DNA of 38,199 nucleotides from a virus: IMG/VR virus record IMGVR_UViG_3300045988_034846, positions 1 to 38,199 of that record; one strand, 5' to 3'. Shown piece by piece: positions 15,166 to 24,031 of this stretch (position 1 is its first letter; each line of letters starts with the position of its first letter). The notes under the pieces were generated by a model. It saw only the letters and a program-made list of their open reading frames with translations, ran no database searches and was not told where the DNA came from. The position numbers and the translations under genes were made by a program.

Positions 15166-15751
15166 ATCGATTTTATTCAATACCGAGATGGTACGGGCAA
15201 TTCTGGACGGAAGAAAGAGTTGCACACGTAGACTTGTAAAGCCGGAACCGCAAGGATATTTTGAAGTAAGTGAAGAACCACTGTATATATATGATACAGA
15301 CGGAAATCAAGGCAAAATTACACCACCATATCAGCCGGGTGATATCCTTTATGTTCGTGAAACATGGCATAAATACATTAAGCGCGTAGGAAAAGGAGAA
15401 AGCTGTCGCTTTGCAGAGTTTTACGGGTACAGGGCAAGCGTGGCAAATTCAGAAGATACAGACGAGCCTTGGCGCCCGTCCATCCACATGCCGAAAGAAG
15501 CTGCACGTATTTGGCTTAAGGTTACGGATGTGAGGGTGGAGCGGTTGCAGGAGATTCCCGGCGAAGATTTGATAAAAGAGGGAATTGACCTTTTTCAGTC
15601 AAATTATGTAAGAGATGCTTTTGATGAATTTACAAATATATGGAACTCCACCATCAAGAAAACCGACCTTGACCGCTACAGCTGGGATGCGAATCCGTGG
15701 GTGTGGGTTATTAAATTTGAACGATGTGAAAAACCGGAAGGAGAAAATTAG
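15155..15751 (+). CDS. ASCH/PUA-like domain protein
   Basis: 198 aa. The N-terminus (FNTEMVRAILDGRKSCTRR) is typical of phage ASCH-domain proteins. Confidence 0.55.
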   Translation: MAIKSILFNTEMVRAILDGRKSCTRRLVKPEPQGYFEVSEEPLYIYDTDGNQGKITPPYQPGDILYVRETWHKYIKRVGKGESCRFAEFYGYRASVANSEDTDEPWRPSIHMPKEAARIWLKVTDVRVERLQEIPGEDLIKEGIDLFQSNYVRDAFDEFTNIWNSTIKKTDLDRYSWDANPWVWVIKFERCEKPEGEN

Positions 15752-16246
15752 ATGAACGATAGATATTTATTCAAATCAAAAAGAGTTGACGATGGAGAAT
15801 GGGTACAAGGAAACCTTATTCAAAGCTGTGATGCATCAGATGGATGGGAAGCAATTATAATTCCCACTAAGAATAGCAATATGTTCACAAAACATATCAA
15901 ACGTGGTTACGGAAATCTTGGATTTGAGAATTGGTACAGAGTAGACCCATCCACCATCTGCCAATGCACAGGCTTGAAAGATAAGAATGGCAAGCTAATT
16001 TGGGAAGGTGACATTATTTTGTTCCAACGAGATAATGATGATTGCCCATTCCCGAACAAAGATACGAAGAAAAGGTTGGGAAAAGTATTCTATAAAGGCT
16101 TTAGAACAACATTTGCTATCGGAATGGGGAAAAATGGAAGCGGTTCTATAAATGATGATTTGTGGAAATATGTTCAAAACGGAAATAGAGTAGAAGTTAT
16201 CGGCAACGTTTTCGACAATCCAGAGTTATTAGAAAGTGCGGGATAG
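15752..16246 (+). CDS. YopX-family protein
   Basis: 164 aa. It has QCTGLKDKNGKLIWEGDII and a terminal IGNVFDNPELLE, both typical of YopX. Confidence 0.75.
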   Translation: MNDRYLFKSKRVDDGEWVQGNLIQSCDASDGWEAIIIPTKNSNMFTKHIKRGYGNLGFENWYRVDPSTICQCTGLKDKNGKLIWEGDIILFQRDNDDCPFPNKDTKKRLGKVFYKGFRTTFAIGMGKNGSGSINDDLWKYVQNGNRVEVIGNVFDNPELLESAG

Positions 16247-16247
16247 T

Positions 16248-16412
16248 ATGAAAGAGAGTGAAGCGGAATATATGGAAGATGGAGCGGATTATTTAGAGGA
16301 AGGATGTCAAAGACAGACTTGTGATGGCTGTATGGCTTACAATTATTGTCTGATAAAAGAACAGGACATTGAGAGTACGGTTAATTATGCAAAGGAGCAC
16401 AGAGGATTTTGA
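16248..16412 (+). CDS. Hypothetical small acidic Cys-containing protein (54 aa, below the track cutoff)
   Basis: MKESEAEYMEDGADYLEEGCQRQTCDGCMAYNYCLIKEQDIESTVNYAKEHRGF. It starts 2 nt after the yopX stop and overlaps the next start. Confidence 0.4.
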   Translation: MKESEAEYMEDGADYLEEGCQRQTCDGCMAYNYCLIKEQDIESTVNYAKEHRGF

Positions 16413-17044
16413 GAACAAAGAAGATATGCATAGTGTGTGGAAAGGAGTTCGAGCCCCGGGTGAATAATCAAAAGTGCTGTTCACCTGAGTGCTCAGACGT
16501 TCAGAAAGTTAAAAGAGCCAAGGCTTCATATGAAAAGCACAAGCACCAGGCAAAGAAGAAAGAAAAGCCCAAGGCAAAAAAAGAAGACCTTGCAAAAGCC
16601 AACGAGGTAGCCCGGAACAGTGGCATGAGCTACGGGCAGTACATGGCGGAGAAGTACAGAGCTGAACAGCTCGAGACGATAGGAGAGAGGAAAGTGAAGA
16701 AAAAAGAAAGCGTGTTTGCAGGCAGGCTTGAGCTTGCGCTGAAAGAAAAGGACATCACTCAAAAAGAGCTTGCCATAAAGATTGACATATCACCGACTAC
16801 AATCAATGATTATGTGGTTGGCAGAAGAGAGCCGAACACGAGAACTAAATTAGCAATAGCTCAGGGGCTGGGAGTTGGTATAGGCTACCTGCTAGGCAGA
16901 GACAGCGTAGGAGTGGATGAGCTCTTATTAATGATTGACGACAAGGAGAACAGCTTGAGCACACCGATAGAAAGACGGCTGATCTACCACACAGCCAAGG
17001 TAGTGCTGCAGGAACTGATAATGTCGTACAAGGAGGTACAATGA
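16409..17044 (+). CDS. Zinc-ribbon plus XRE-HTH DNA-binding protein
   Basis: 211 aa with a TTG start. The N-terminus is CIVCGKEF...CCSPEC, followed by a Lys-rich linker. The C-terminal HTH is ITQKELAIKIDISPTTINDYVVGRREP. Confidence 0.6.
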   Translation: MRTKKICIVCGKEFEPRVNNQKCCSPECSDVQKVKRAKASYEKHKHQAKKKEKPKAKKEDLAKANEVARNSGMSYGQYMAEKYRAEQLETIGERKVKKKESVFAGRLELALKEKDITQKELAIKIDISPTTINDYVVGRREPNTRTKLAIAQGLGVGIGYLLGRDSVGVDELLLMIDDKENSLSTPIERRLIYHTAKVVLQELIMSYKEVQ

Positions 17045-17433
17045 CGAAAGAAAGACTATCTCAACTCTACTACATCACCAAGGAACTGAGGATGTGGGAG
17101 GACGAATTAGAAGGACTGAGCACCCGGGCAAGACACCCGATTGATACACCAAGGCAGAAAGTAACATCTGATACCACCGGCAGTGTAGCCACAAGGCGAA
17201 CCAACCTCGAACACATGATAGCTCACAAGCGGGCAGATCTCGAAAAGGAAAAGAGTGAGCTGACCGCTTACATAGTCGGAATTGAGGACTCGTATATCAG
17301 GCAGATAATGTATATGAGACACGTTAAGATGTACACATGGCACAAGATTGGCAGTGAACTCAATGTATCACCCGATGCTGCGAGGATGACACATGATAGA
17401 TTTTTGAAGGAGAATACAAAGAAGCCTTGCTGA
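17041..17433 (+). CDS. Sigma-70 region-4-like late transcriptional activator (RinA/ArpU/DUF1492-like)
   Basis: 130 aa. It is the last gene before the packaging region. It has a C-terminal HTH-like segment and a coiled N-terminus (LSQLYYITKELRMWEDELEGL). Confidence 0.5.
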   Translation: MTKERLSQLYYITKELRMWEDELEGLSTRARHPIDTPRQKVTSDTTGSVATRRTNLEHMIAHKRADLEKEKSELTAYIVGIEDSYIRQIMYMRHVKMYTWHKIGSELNVSPDAARMTHDRFLKENTKKPC

Positions 17434-17452
17434 TTGCAATAGAGGATATGAG

Positions 17453-17481
17453 AGAAGCTGCTAAATAGGCAGCTTCTTTTA
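17453..17481 (+). terminator. Rho-independent terminator
   Basis: AGAAGCTGC-TAAATAG-GCAGCTTCT followed by TTTT. Confidence 0.8.
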
Positions 17482-17659
17482 TTACACGAAAAAGAGTGTA
17501 AAATATATCAAGAGAAATTGCAAAAGAGAATAAAATACATCATTCACATTACACCCTATAAGGTGTATTATAATATCAGAAACAAGGAAACAAACAACAG
17601 AGAGGTAAGGAAAATGAGGCTGACCATATCGGCAAGACGGTGGAGAAAGAGAGTATACC

Positions 17660-17839
17660 ATGAGAATATTTTTAGCAATCAAAAGAGAAGAGAACACAAA
17701 GGACAAGTATTACATCGCAGGAGTAATTAACTCTGACATGTATCCAAGCACATACGCATCAGAGAACCCGGATGCACGTATAGTTGAACTGCCGGAGATT
17801 GAGGGAAAAGGTTTTACCGGATGCCACATAAAACTGTAG
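17660..17839 (+). CDS. Hypothetical small protein (59 aa) upstream of a small HTH gene
   Basis: MRIFLAIKREENTKDKYYIAGVINSDMYPSTYASENPDARIVELPEIEGKGFTGCHIKL. It ends 13 nt before the HTH gene. A competing 38-aa basic ORF (17614-17730) has a better SD (GAGGTAAGG). Confidence 0.4.
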   Translation: MRIFLAIKREENTKDKYYIAGVINSDMYPSTYASENPDARIVELPEIEGKGFTGCHIKL

Positions 17840-17852
17840 GAGGCTTGGTTAG

Positions 17853-18047
17853 ATGATTGTATACAAAGATATTTTATCCAAGTTGTCAGAAGCAGGATAT
17901 AACACAACGACAATCCGGAAAGAAAAGATATTATCTGAATCAACTCTGACCAAAATAAGGAATAACGAGCCAATAAGGCTTGATTCATTGGAAGTAATAA
18001 GCAAGCTGACACATGAGCCGGTTGAAAACTTGGTAGAGTTCAAGTAG
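17853..18047 (+). CDS. Small XRE/Cro-type HTH protein
   Basis: 64 aa. SD is GGAGG. The HTH is ILSESTLTKIRNNEPIRLDSLEVISKL. Confidence 0.7.
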   Translation: MIVYKDILSKLSEAGYNTTTIRKEKILSESTLTKIRNNEPIRLDSLEVISKLTHEPVENLVEFK

Positions 18048-18090
18048 TTCGTTCAGTTCGGTTAGAATAAAATATAATGTAAAATATAGG

Positions 18091-18116
18091 AACCACCCGA
18101 AAGGGTGGTTTTTTTA
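18091..18116 (+). terminator. Rho-independent terminator
   Basis: AACCACCC-GAAA-GGGTGGTT followed by TTTTT. Confidence 0.85.
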
Positions 18117-18140
18117 GTGCGCAAAAATAGGTGAAGAAAA

Positions 18141-18776
18141 TTGTATAGAAATATAAGAAATTACGAGAACGTGACAAAAATGAATATACAGGGTGTTGGG
18201 ATGTACGACATACCGGCAATAGCCCCGGCAGAGTACCAGGAGGCAGAGTTGATAAGCTTCAACTATGCCAAGTCATGCAAGAGCCCGGCTGATAAGGCAG
18301 TACATTTCTTTGTTGATGATTATCAATTCAACAGAGTTTGGAACTGCGCTGATGACTATATATCAATGCTTAGAAAGTTCAAGTATGTATGTACGCCCGA
18401 CTTTAGTCTGTACACAGACCACCCTAGAGCCATTCAGATTTATAACCACTATAGAAAACATTGGTGTGGTGCTTATTGGCAGGCTCACGGCATCAGAGTA
18501 GTGCCAACAATTGGATGGAGTGACGAGGCTAGCTTTGCATGGTGCTTTGACGGAGAGCCAACAGACAGCGTAGTGGCGGTCAGTTCTGTAGGGACACAGA
18601 ATAGCGAGTACAGCAAGGAACTATTCCTTGCCGGATATAGAGAAATGATGAAGAGATTGACCCCGACACACATTATCTTTTATGGCAAGGCGCCAAAGGA
18701 ATGCGAGGGAAACATAATCAGAGTTGAGAGCTTGTCAGAGAAGCTCAAAAAGCGAGGTACGTTGAATGAGGTATAG
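18141..18776 (+). CDS. DUF4417 domain protein
   Basis: 211 aa with an uncertain start (TTG 18141, ATG 18180 or ATG 18201). The core (HFFVDDYQFNRVW...CTPDFSLY...IYNHYRKHWCGAYWQ..GI.VVPTIGW) is typical of DUF4417. Confidence 0.65.
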   Translation: MYRNIRNYENVTKMNIQGVGMYDIPAIAPAEYQEAELISFNYAKSCKSPADKAVHFFVDDYQFNRVWNCADDYISMLRKFKYVCTPDFSLYTDHPRAIQIYNHYRKHWCGAYWQAHGIRVVPTIGWSDEASFAWCFDGEPTDSVVAVSSVGTQNSEYSKELFLAGYREMMKRLTPTHIIFYGKAPKECEGNIIRVESLSEKLKKRGTLNEV

Positions 18777-19314
18777 AGCACAGATTTTTGGAGGACGCGG
18801 AGGCGGTTCCGGTCGTGGTGGCGGTGGATGGTCTGATAGTGAAGTAGGAGCTACACCAGCTAAATTCATGTACAACGGCGCTAAAAGAAAGACCGGTGGC
18901 GAAGATGGCTATGTCAAAAATTCAAAGTATGAAAATGGACTGCATGATATAGATGGTGGCAAGACCACAGCGGAACAGTTTGCCAACCAGTTTAAGACAC
19001 GTGAAGAGCTTGACAAGGTACACAATTACCTTGTCGATAAAAACGCAAGCGTCAATGCAAAGATTAGACAGCTCAAGAGTGCTGATGAATTGAGGAAGAA
19101 CCCGAAGCTATACCATGAAGCGAAAGCCACGCGAGAGGCAAGCAATGCAGTCAATGACCGTAGAAGCAAGGTAGCACCTGTAAAAGCAGAAAAGACAGTA
19201 AGAAAGGCTGACGATGAGTATACCTCATCAAGAACCTCAACATACGATAGATGGTACAAGCGGAATCGTGATAATTTCGCAGCATATTATTTTGGAAGCA
19301 AAGGAAAGAAATAA
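18766..19314 (+). CDS. Leader+RGG paralog 1 (MRYRAQIF-GGRGGGSGRGGGG...)
   Basis: 182 aa. It overlaps the DUF4417 stop by 11 nt. The N-terminal motif is shared with the next two ORFs. It has a basic C-terminal half. Confidence 0.7.
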   Translation: MRYRAQIFGGRGGGSGRGGGGWSDSEVGATPAKFMYNGAKRKTGGEDGYVKNSKYENGLHDIDGGKTTAEQFANQFKTREELDKVHNYLVDKNASVNAKIRQLKSADELRKNPKLYHEAKATREASNAVNDRRSKVAPVKAEKTVRKADDEYTSSRTSTYDRWYKRNRDNFAAYYFGSKGKK

Positions 19315-19316
19315 GA

Positions 19317-19628
19317 ATGAATCTACAGTTTTTCGGTGGCAGAGGTGGAGGAAGTGGCAGAGGAAAAAGCTCAGGCTCAAGCGATGGCGGGGAACTGGGC
19401 GGAACAGTTGCTATACACAGACAGATGGAACCCGATGAGCATAACAGAGCCACAGTTGAGAGATATTACATGACGGGCAACCGTAATGTATTAACCCGCT
19501 GGGACGAGGACGGCAATGAACTTGACCATGAGATAACTATACAGGAACCAGTGAGACTAACGTTCAAGACGCGAGCAGAGGCGGAGGCCTATGCCAAGAA
19601 GATGAAATATAAATACATGAATCTGTGA
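19317..19628 (+). CDS. Leader+RGG paralog 2 (MNLQFF-GGRGGGSGRGKSSG...)
   Basis: 103 aa. It starts 2 nt after the paralog 1 stop. Its N-terminus is the closest match to the L27-type NLQFF leader. Confidence 0.7.
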   Translation: MNLQFFGGRGGGSGRGKSSGSSDGGELGGTVAIHRQMEPDEHNRATVERYYMTGNRNVLTRWDEDGNELDHEITIQEPVRLTFKTRAEAEAYAKKMKYKYMNL

Positions 19629-19636
19629 GGTAGCAT

Positions 19637-20044
19637 ATGAGGATGAATTTACAGTACCACGGCGGTCGTGGTGGTGGAAGCAGCAGGGGGGGCGGTAGCC
19701 CTGCAGGTGTAAGTTTCACCGATTCAAAGACCGGTAAAGAATACAATTACTATTTCTACAAAGGCGAGGATGGTAAGAATTACTACAGTACAAGCATAGG
19801 CGGACTGCCTAAGCCGACACCAAACAACATGAGCCATGAGGAAATGGTAGAGCGTCTTAAACAGAATACAGGAAATGTTAAGAGTATCAGCAAGACGGAA
19901 AAAGCCAAAGCGGAGAAGGCATACAAGGTAGAGAGAGCAGAAGCAGACAGACAGCTCAATAATGCTTATGCAAATGAAAAAGAATTTGTTAAAAGGTCAA
20001 GGGCTGTAAGAAAAGGATTGAGGGGCACGAAGAGAGGAATATAG
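19637..20044 (+). CDS. Leader+RGG paralog 3 (MRMNLQYH-GGRGGGSSRGGGS...)
   Basis: 135 aa (alternative ATG at 19643). SD is GAGGTA. It has a K/R/E-rich C-terminus. Confidence 0.7.
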   Translation: MRMNLQYHGGRGGGSSRGGGSPAGVSFTDSKTGKEYNYYFYKGEDGKNYYSTSIGGLPKPTPNNMSHEEMVERLKQNTGNVKSISKTEKAKAEKAYKVERAEADRQLNNAYANEKEFVKRSRAVRKGLRGTKRGI

Positions 20045-20061
20045 AAAAGGGGTGAGTAGCG

Positions 20062-20508
20062 TTGAAGCTGACGGAAAAACAAAAATTATTCTGTGATGAA
20101 TACATAATAAGCCTTAACGCTACTCAGGCGGCAATTAAGGCAGGGTATGCAGAGAAGACAGCGTATGCGATAGGAGCTGAGAACTTGAAAAAACCTAAGA
20201 TTCAAGACTATATCTCCGAACGGATGAAGCAAAAAGAAAGCTCGTTGATAGCCACGCAAGACGAAGTACTCCAATACCTGACATCAGTGCTGAGAGGCGA
20301 GAGCCAAACGACAGACACAGTGTTAGTCGGAATTGGTGAGGGCTGTCAAGAAGTGCAGGAAGTAGAAAAGAAGCCAAGCGAGAAAGACCGGCTCAAGGCG
20401 GCGGAACTGCTTGGCAAGAGGTACGGACTGTACACAGACAAGGTATCCGCTGATGTGGATATGTCACTTGATATATCTATTGATTATGGTGATGGCGATG
20501 AAGATTAA
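20062..20508 (+). CDS. terS: Terminase small subunit (Terminase_2/P27-type)
   Basis: 148 aa with a TTG start. LTEKQKLFCDEYIISLNATQAAIKAGYAEKTAYAIGAENLKKPKI is the family-typical N-terminus. Confidence 0.85.
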   Translation: MKLTEKQKLFCDEYIISLNATQAAIKAGYAEKTAYAIGAENLKKPKIQDYISERMKQKESSLIATQDEVLQYLTSVLRGESQTTDTVLVGIGEGCQEVQEVEKKPSEKDRLKAAELLGKRYGLYTDKVSADVDMSLDISIDYGDGDED

Positions 20509-21739
20509 GCTGCAAGCCAATAAGTGCTTTAAGAAAGTCGACAGATGTACCAAGCGCTATATCGTGATGAAAGGCAGTGCCGGAAGCGGTAAGAGCGTGG
20601 ACACGGCACAGAACTACATCTTGAGGCTGATGCACGACAAGGGCAGAAATCTCTTGTGCGTGCGCAAGGTGGATGTGACCAACAGAGATTCAACCTTTGC
20701 CGAACTGCAAAGTGCGGTCTTTAAGGCATTCGGGGACAAGTACTCCGATTATTGGTACATCAATGAGTCGGCTATGAAGATGCGTTGTAAGTCAAACGGC
20801 AATGAGATTATTTTCAGAGGGGTAAAAGATGATAAACAGAGAGAAAAACTCAAGTCAATTACTTTCAAGAAGGGAAAGCTCACTGATGTCTGGATAGAGG
20901 AAGCTACAGAGCTGACACAAGCAGACTTTGAGATTATTGACGACCGACTCAGGGGAGAACTTCCACCCGGACTATTCTATCAGATCAGGCTGACATTCAA
21001 CCCGGTATCTGCTACGCATTGGATTAAGGCGGTGTTCTTTGATAGAGCCGATGAGGATGTAATGACTCACTCGTCAACCTATCGCGGCAATCGGTTCATT
21101 GATGCAGCATACCACAAACGAATGCTCAGGCGAAAGGAAGTAGATCCGGAAGGCTATCGGGTGTACGGGCTTGGAGAGTGGGGAGAGACAGCAGGCCTCA
21201 TTCTTCATAATTGGGAAGTCGAGGAAGTGTCACAGAACTATGAAGACTACGACGACGTAGCGGTAGGGCAGGACTTCGGTTTCAACCATGCTAATGCGGT
21301 GTATGTATATGGCTATCGTGATGGTGACATATATGTGCTCAAGGGCTTGTATGGATATGAAAAGGACACAAGCGAGTGGATAGCCGAAGCGGATGAGATA
21401 CCAAAAGATAAAGTAATGTGGTGTGACTCGGCAGAGCCTGACCGCATCAAGACGTGGAGAACTGCAGGGTGGAGAGCCCGGCCAGTAAATAAGGAACCGA
21501 ACAGCGTTAAGGCTCAGATAGACTGGATCAAGGGCAGACGGGTACACATAGATCCTTCCTGCACGGACTTCATCAAGGAGATAGAACAGTGGAAATGGAA
21601 ATACGATGACGTAAGGAACATGTACCTCGATGAGCCGGTACCATTTTTTGATGATGCGATGGCATCACTAAGATACGGCATTGAGGGTTGGCGAAAGCCA
21701 AAGGCTCACTTAAATACAGGACTGAAAGGTGGATTATAA
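20486..21739 (+). CDS. terL: Terminase large subunit (PBSX/Terminase_3-type)
   Basis: About 417 aa. The start is one of the ATGs at 20486, 20492 or 20498, overlapping the terS end (the track's 20411 is too long). Walker A is GSAGSGKS and Walker B-like is DVWIEEA. Confidence 0.9.
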   Translation: MVMAMKIKLQANKCFKKVDRCTKRYIVMKGSAGSGKSVDTAQNYILRLMHDKGRNLLCVRKVDVTNRDSTFAELQSAVFKAFGDKYSDYWYINESAMKMRCKSNGNEIIFRGVKDDKQREKLKSITFKKGKLTDVWIEEATELTQADFEIIDDRLRGELPPGLFYQIRLTFNPVSATHWIKAVFFDRADEDVMTHSSTYRGNRFIDAAYHKRMLRRKEVDPEGYRVYGLGEWGETAGLILHNWEVEEVSQNYEDYDDVAVGQDFGFNHANAVYVYGYRDGDIYVLKGLYGYEKDTSEWIAEADEIPKDKVMWCDSAEPDRIKTWRTAGWRARPVNKEPNSVKAQIDWIKGRRVHIDPSCTDFIKEIEQWKWKYDDVRNMYLDEPVPFFDDAMASLRYGIEGWRKPKAHLNTGLKGGL

Positions 21740-23133
21740 TGGCGGCACCAGACGTATACAGAATTGCAGACAATCAAATTATGGATGAGATACAGCTTGA
21801 AAAGTACATAGCCAAGAACGACGAAAAGGTAGCTCAGAAGTACAAGAAGCTTCAAAGTGCTTATGAGACCGACTATGACATTTTCCATCAGGCAAAAAAG
21901 CCTGAGTACAAGCCGGACAATAGGATAGCTGTCAACTTTGCAAAATATATCACAGACACCATGAACGGCTTTTTTATTGGAATCCCGATAAAGGTGAGCT
22001 CAAAGGACAATTCGGTGGACGATTATATCAACTATCTTGATGTCTACAATGACCAGGACGACAACAATGCAGAGCTTGCCAAGATTATGAAAATCTACGG
22101 CAGAGGCTATGAGATGTACTACGTTGATGAAGAGGGAAATGTTGGCATCACGTACCTGGACCCGATGGAGTCATTCATGATTTACGATGAGTCGATACTG
22201 ATGAGGCCTCGCTACTTTGTCAGAATCTACAAAGACACTGAGGGAATCCGCCACGGCTCCATATCGAACGAGACCACAGTACAGTACTTTGACATTGACG
22301 GAGGCTTACACTTCCGGACGGATGAGGAAAAGGTACACGGCTTCGATGGAGTACCGGCAACTGAGTATATAGAGAACTCGGAGAGACAGGGTATCTTTGA
22401 ATCGGTGCTGTCAATGATTGATGCATACAACAAGGCATTGTCAGAGAAGGCAAACGACGTTGACTACTTCGCAGATGCATACATGAAGATACTCGGAGCC
22501 AAGCTCTCAGAACCGGAACTGGAAGCCATAAGAGACATGAGAATCCTTAACTTCGAGGGAGAGGACGGCTCGAAGATTATAGCTGACTTCATGAGCAAGC
22601 CAAGCGCTGACGAGACACAAGAGAATCTACTGGAGAGAATCGAGAGATTAATCTTTCTAATCTCAATGGTAGCCAATATCAATGATGAGAACTTCGGAAC
22701 ATCGTCAGGCATTGCACTGAAGTATAAGCTTCAGTCAATGAACAATCTAGCAAAGACCGAAGAGCGTAAGTTCACAAGCGGAATGAATCAGAGATACAAG
22801 CTCATCTTTTCAAACCCTGTAAGCGGGATGAAAGCGGATGACTGGCTCAAGGTTGATATTAAGTTTACGAGAAACTTCCCAGCAAACGAGCTTGAGGAGT
22901 CACAGATAGCCGGTAATCTGTCCGGCATTACATCGAAAGAGACCCAGCTCAAGGTTTTATCAGTTGTTGATAACGTCAATGACGAGCTTGACAAAATCAA
23001 AAAAGAGAATGAGCTCGATACAGAGGGCTACGAGGTGAATAGAGGTGTATTGGCAGAACAGACAGAAGCAGTTGACCAAGGCCTTACAGCAGAGCGAGGC
23101 AAAGTTAAAGAAGAGATTAACAACGGCATATGA
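21739..23133 (+). CDS. Portal protein (SPP1 Gp6-like)
   Basis: 464 aa from the ATG overlapping the terL TAA, with SD GAAAGGTGGA. Size and position after terL fit a portal. Confidence 0.8.
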   Translation: MAAPDVYRIADNQIMDEIQLEKYIAKNDEKVAQKYKKLQSAYETDYDIFHQAKKPEYKPDNRIAVNFAKYITDTMNGFFIGIPIKVSSKDNSVDDYINYLDVYNDQDDNNAELAKIMKIYGRGYEMYYVDEEGNVGITYLDPMESFMIYDESILMRPRYFVRIYKDTEGIRHGSISNETTVQYFDIDGGLHFRTDEEKVHGFDGVPATEYIENSERQGIFESVLSMIDAYNKALSEKANDVDYFADAYMKILGAKLSEPELEAIRDMRILNFEGEDGSKIIADFMSKPSADETQENLLERIERLIFLISMVANINDENFGTSSGIALKYKLQSMNNLAKTEERKFTSGMNQRYKLIFSNPVSGMKADDWLKVDIKFTRNFPANELEESQIAGNLSGITSKETQLKVLSVVDNVNDELDKIKKENELDTEGYEVNRGVLAEQTEAVDQGLTAERGKVKEEINNGI

Positions 23134-24031
23134 TGAGCAGTACTCGAAGCTTGAAAAAGAGATAGCAGCATATTATCAGACATATGGGGTTGGCAATGTG
23201 ATTGAGTACAGAAAGCTCATGCAGGCACTGCCGGAAAAGGAATACAACATCCTCATGCGAGACATAGAGCTCTTCTGTGTCAGGCATCCGGAATATGCAC
23301 ACCTGGCACCGGCTAGGCGCAGTGCATACATTATCAACAGACTTGAAGGCTTGCAAATGTCTGTAGAACTTGAACGACTTGAATTAATGGCAGAGGAAGA
23401 AAGCCAGATTAAAGCCCACCTTGAAACAATAGACAAGCGAGGCTATGAGGCAGTAATCGAAAAGACCGGGGCAGTCGGTACAGTCAACAGAGATATAGTC
23501 AAGGCAGTAGTTAATACCGATTGGAGCAAGTCAGGGAATTTCTCAAGCAAGATATGGACCCGGACAGCCAACCTTGCCAAGGTATTAAACTCCGAAATAT
23601 CGGCAGGCTTTGCCAGGGGAGATAATTACCAGAAGCTGACCAAGACCCTGAGGCAGAAGTTCAGCGTAAGCCAGAATGAAGCTATGAGGCTAGTGTATAC
23701 AGAGGGCACTTACGTGCTCAACGAGTCCACGGCTCAGGCTATAGAACAGACCTTTGACTACTACTCTATAGCCCCAATCGAGGACGGCAAGGCTTGCCAA
23801 GTATGTTTAGATATAGCGGCGAGCACCAAGACCAGTCCGGTAAGATACTCGGCAAGAATAGCGGGCGTCAACTTCCCGCCGTTCCATCCTTGGTGCAGGT
23901 GTTCAACTTACATTGTAATACCTGACAAGCAGGCATGGATTGAGAACTATGTCAGGACGCACGGCGGTGATCCAGCTGTCAGCTCTGAACAGAAAGACAA
24001 GGCTAGGGAATTAGTGAGGGCTTTTACATGA
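23045..24031 (+). CDS. Head morphogenesis protein, SPP1 gp7 / Mu F-like
   Basis: 328 aa with a GTG start behind GAGGTG. The C-terminal CQVC...FPPFHPWCRCS is typical of the gp7/MuF domain. Confidence 0.8.
   Translation: MYWQNRQKQLTKALQQSEAKLKKRLTTAYDEQYSKLEKEIAAYYQTYGVGNVIEYRKLMQALPEKEYNILMRDIELFCVRHPEYAHLAPARRSAYIINRLEGLQMSVELERLELMAEEESQIKAHLETIDKRGYEAVIEKTGAVGTVNRDIVKAVVNTDWSKSGNFSSKIWTRTANLAKVLNSEISAGFARGDNYQKLTKTLRQKFSVSQNEAMRLVYTEGTYVLNESTAQAIEQTFDYYSIAPIEDGKACQVCLDIAASTKTSPVRYSARIAGVNFPPFHPWCRCSTYIVIPDKQAWIENYVRTHGGDPAVSSEQKDKARELVRAFT

Noticed and set aside
20411-20485. N-terminal extension of terL given by the ORF track (the same issue applies to portal 21688, scaffold 24625, adaptor 26607 and fibre 34317)
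   Set aside because: The extensions overlap the preceding genes by 50-100 nt and lack an SD. Internal ATGs with SDs or stop-start overlaps give family-typical N-termini.
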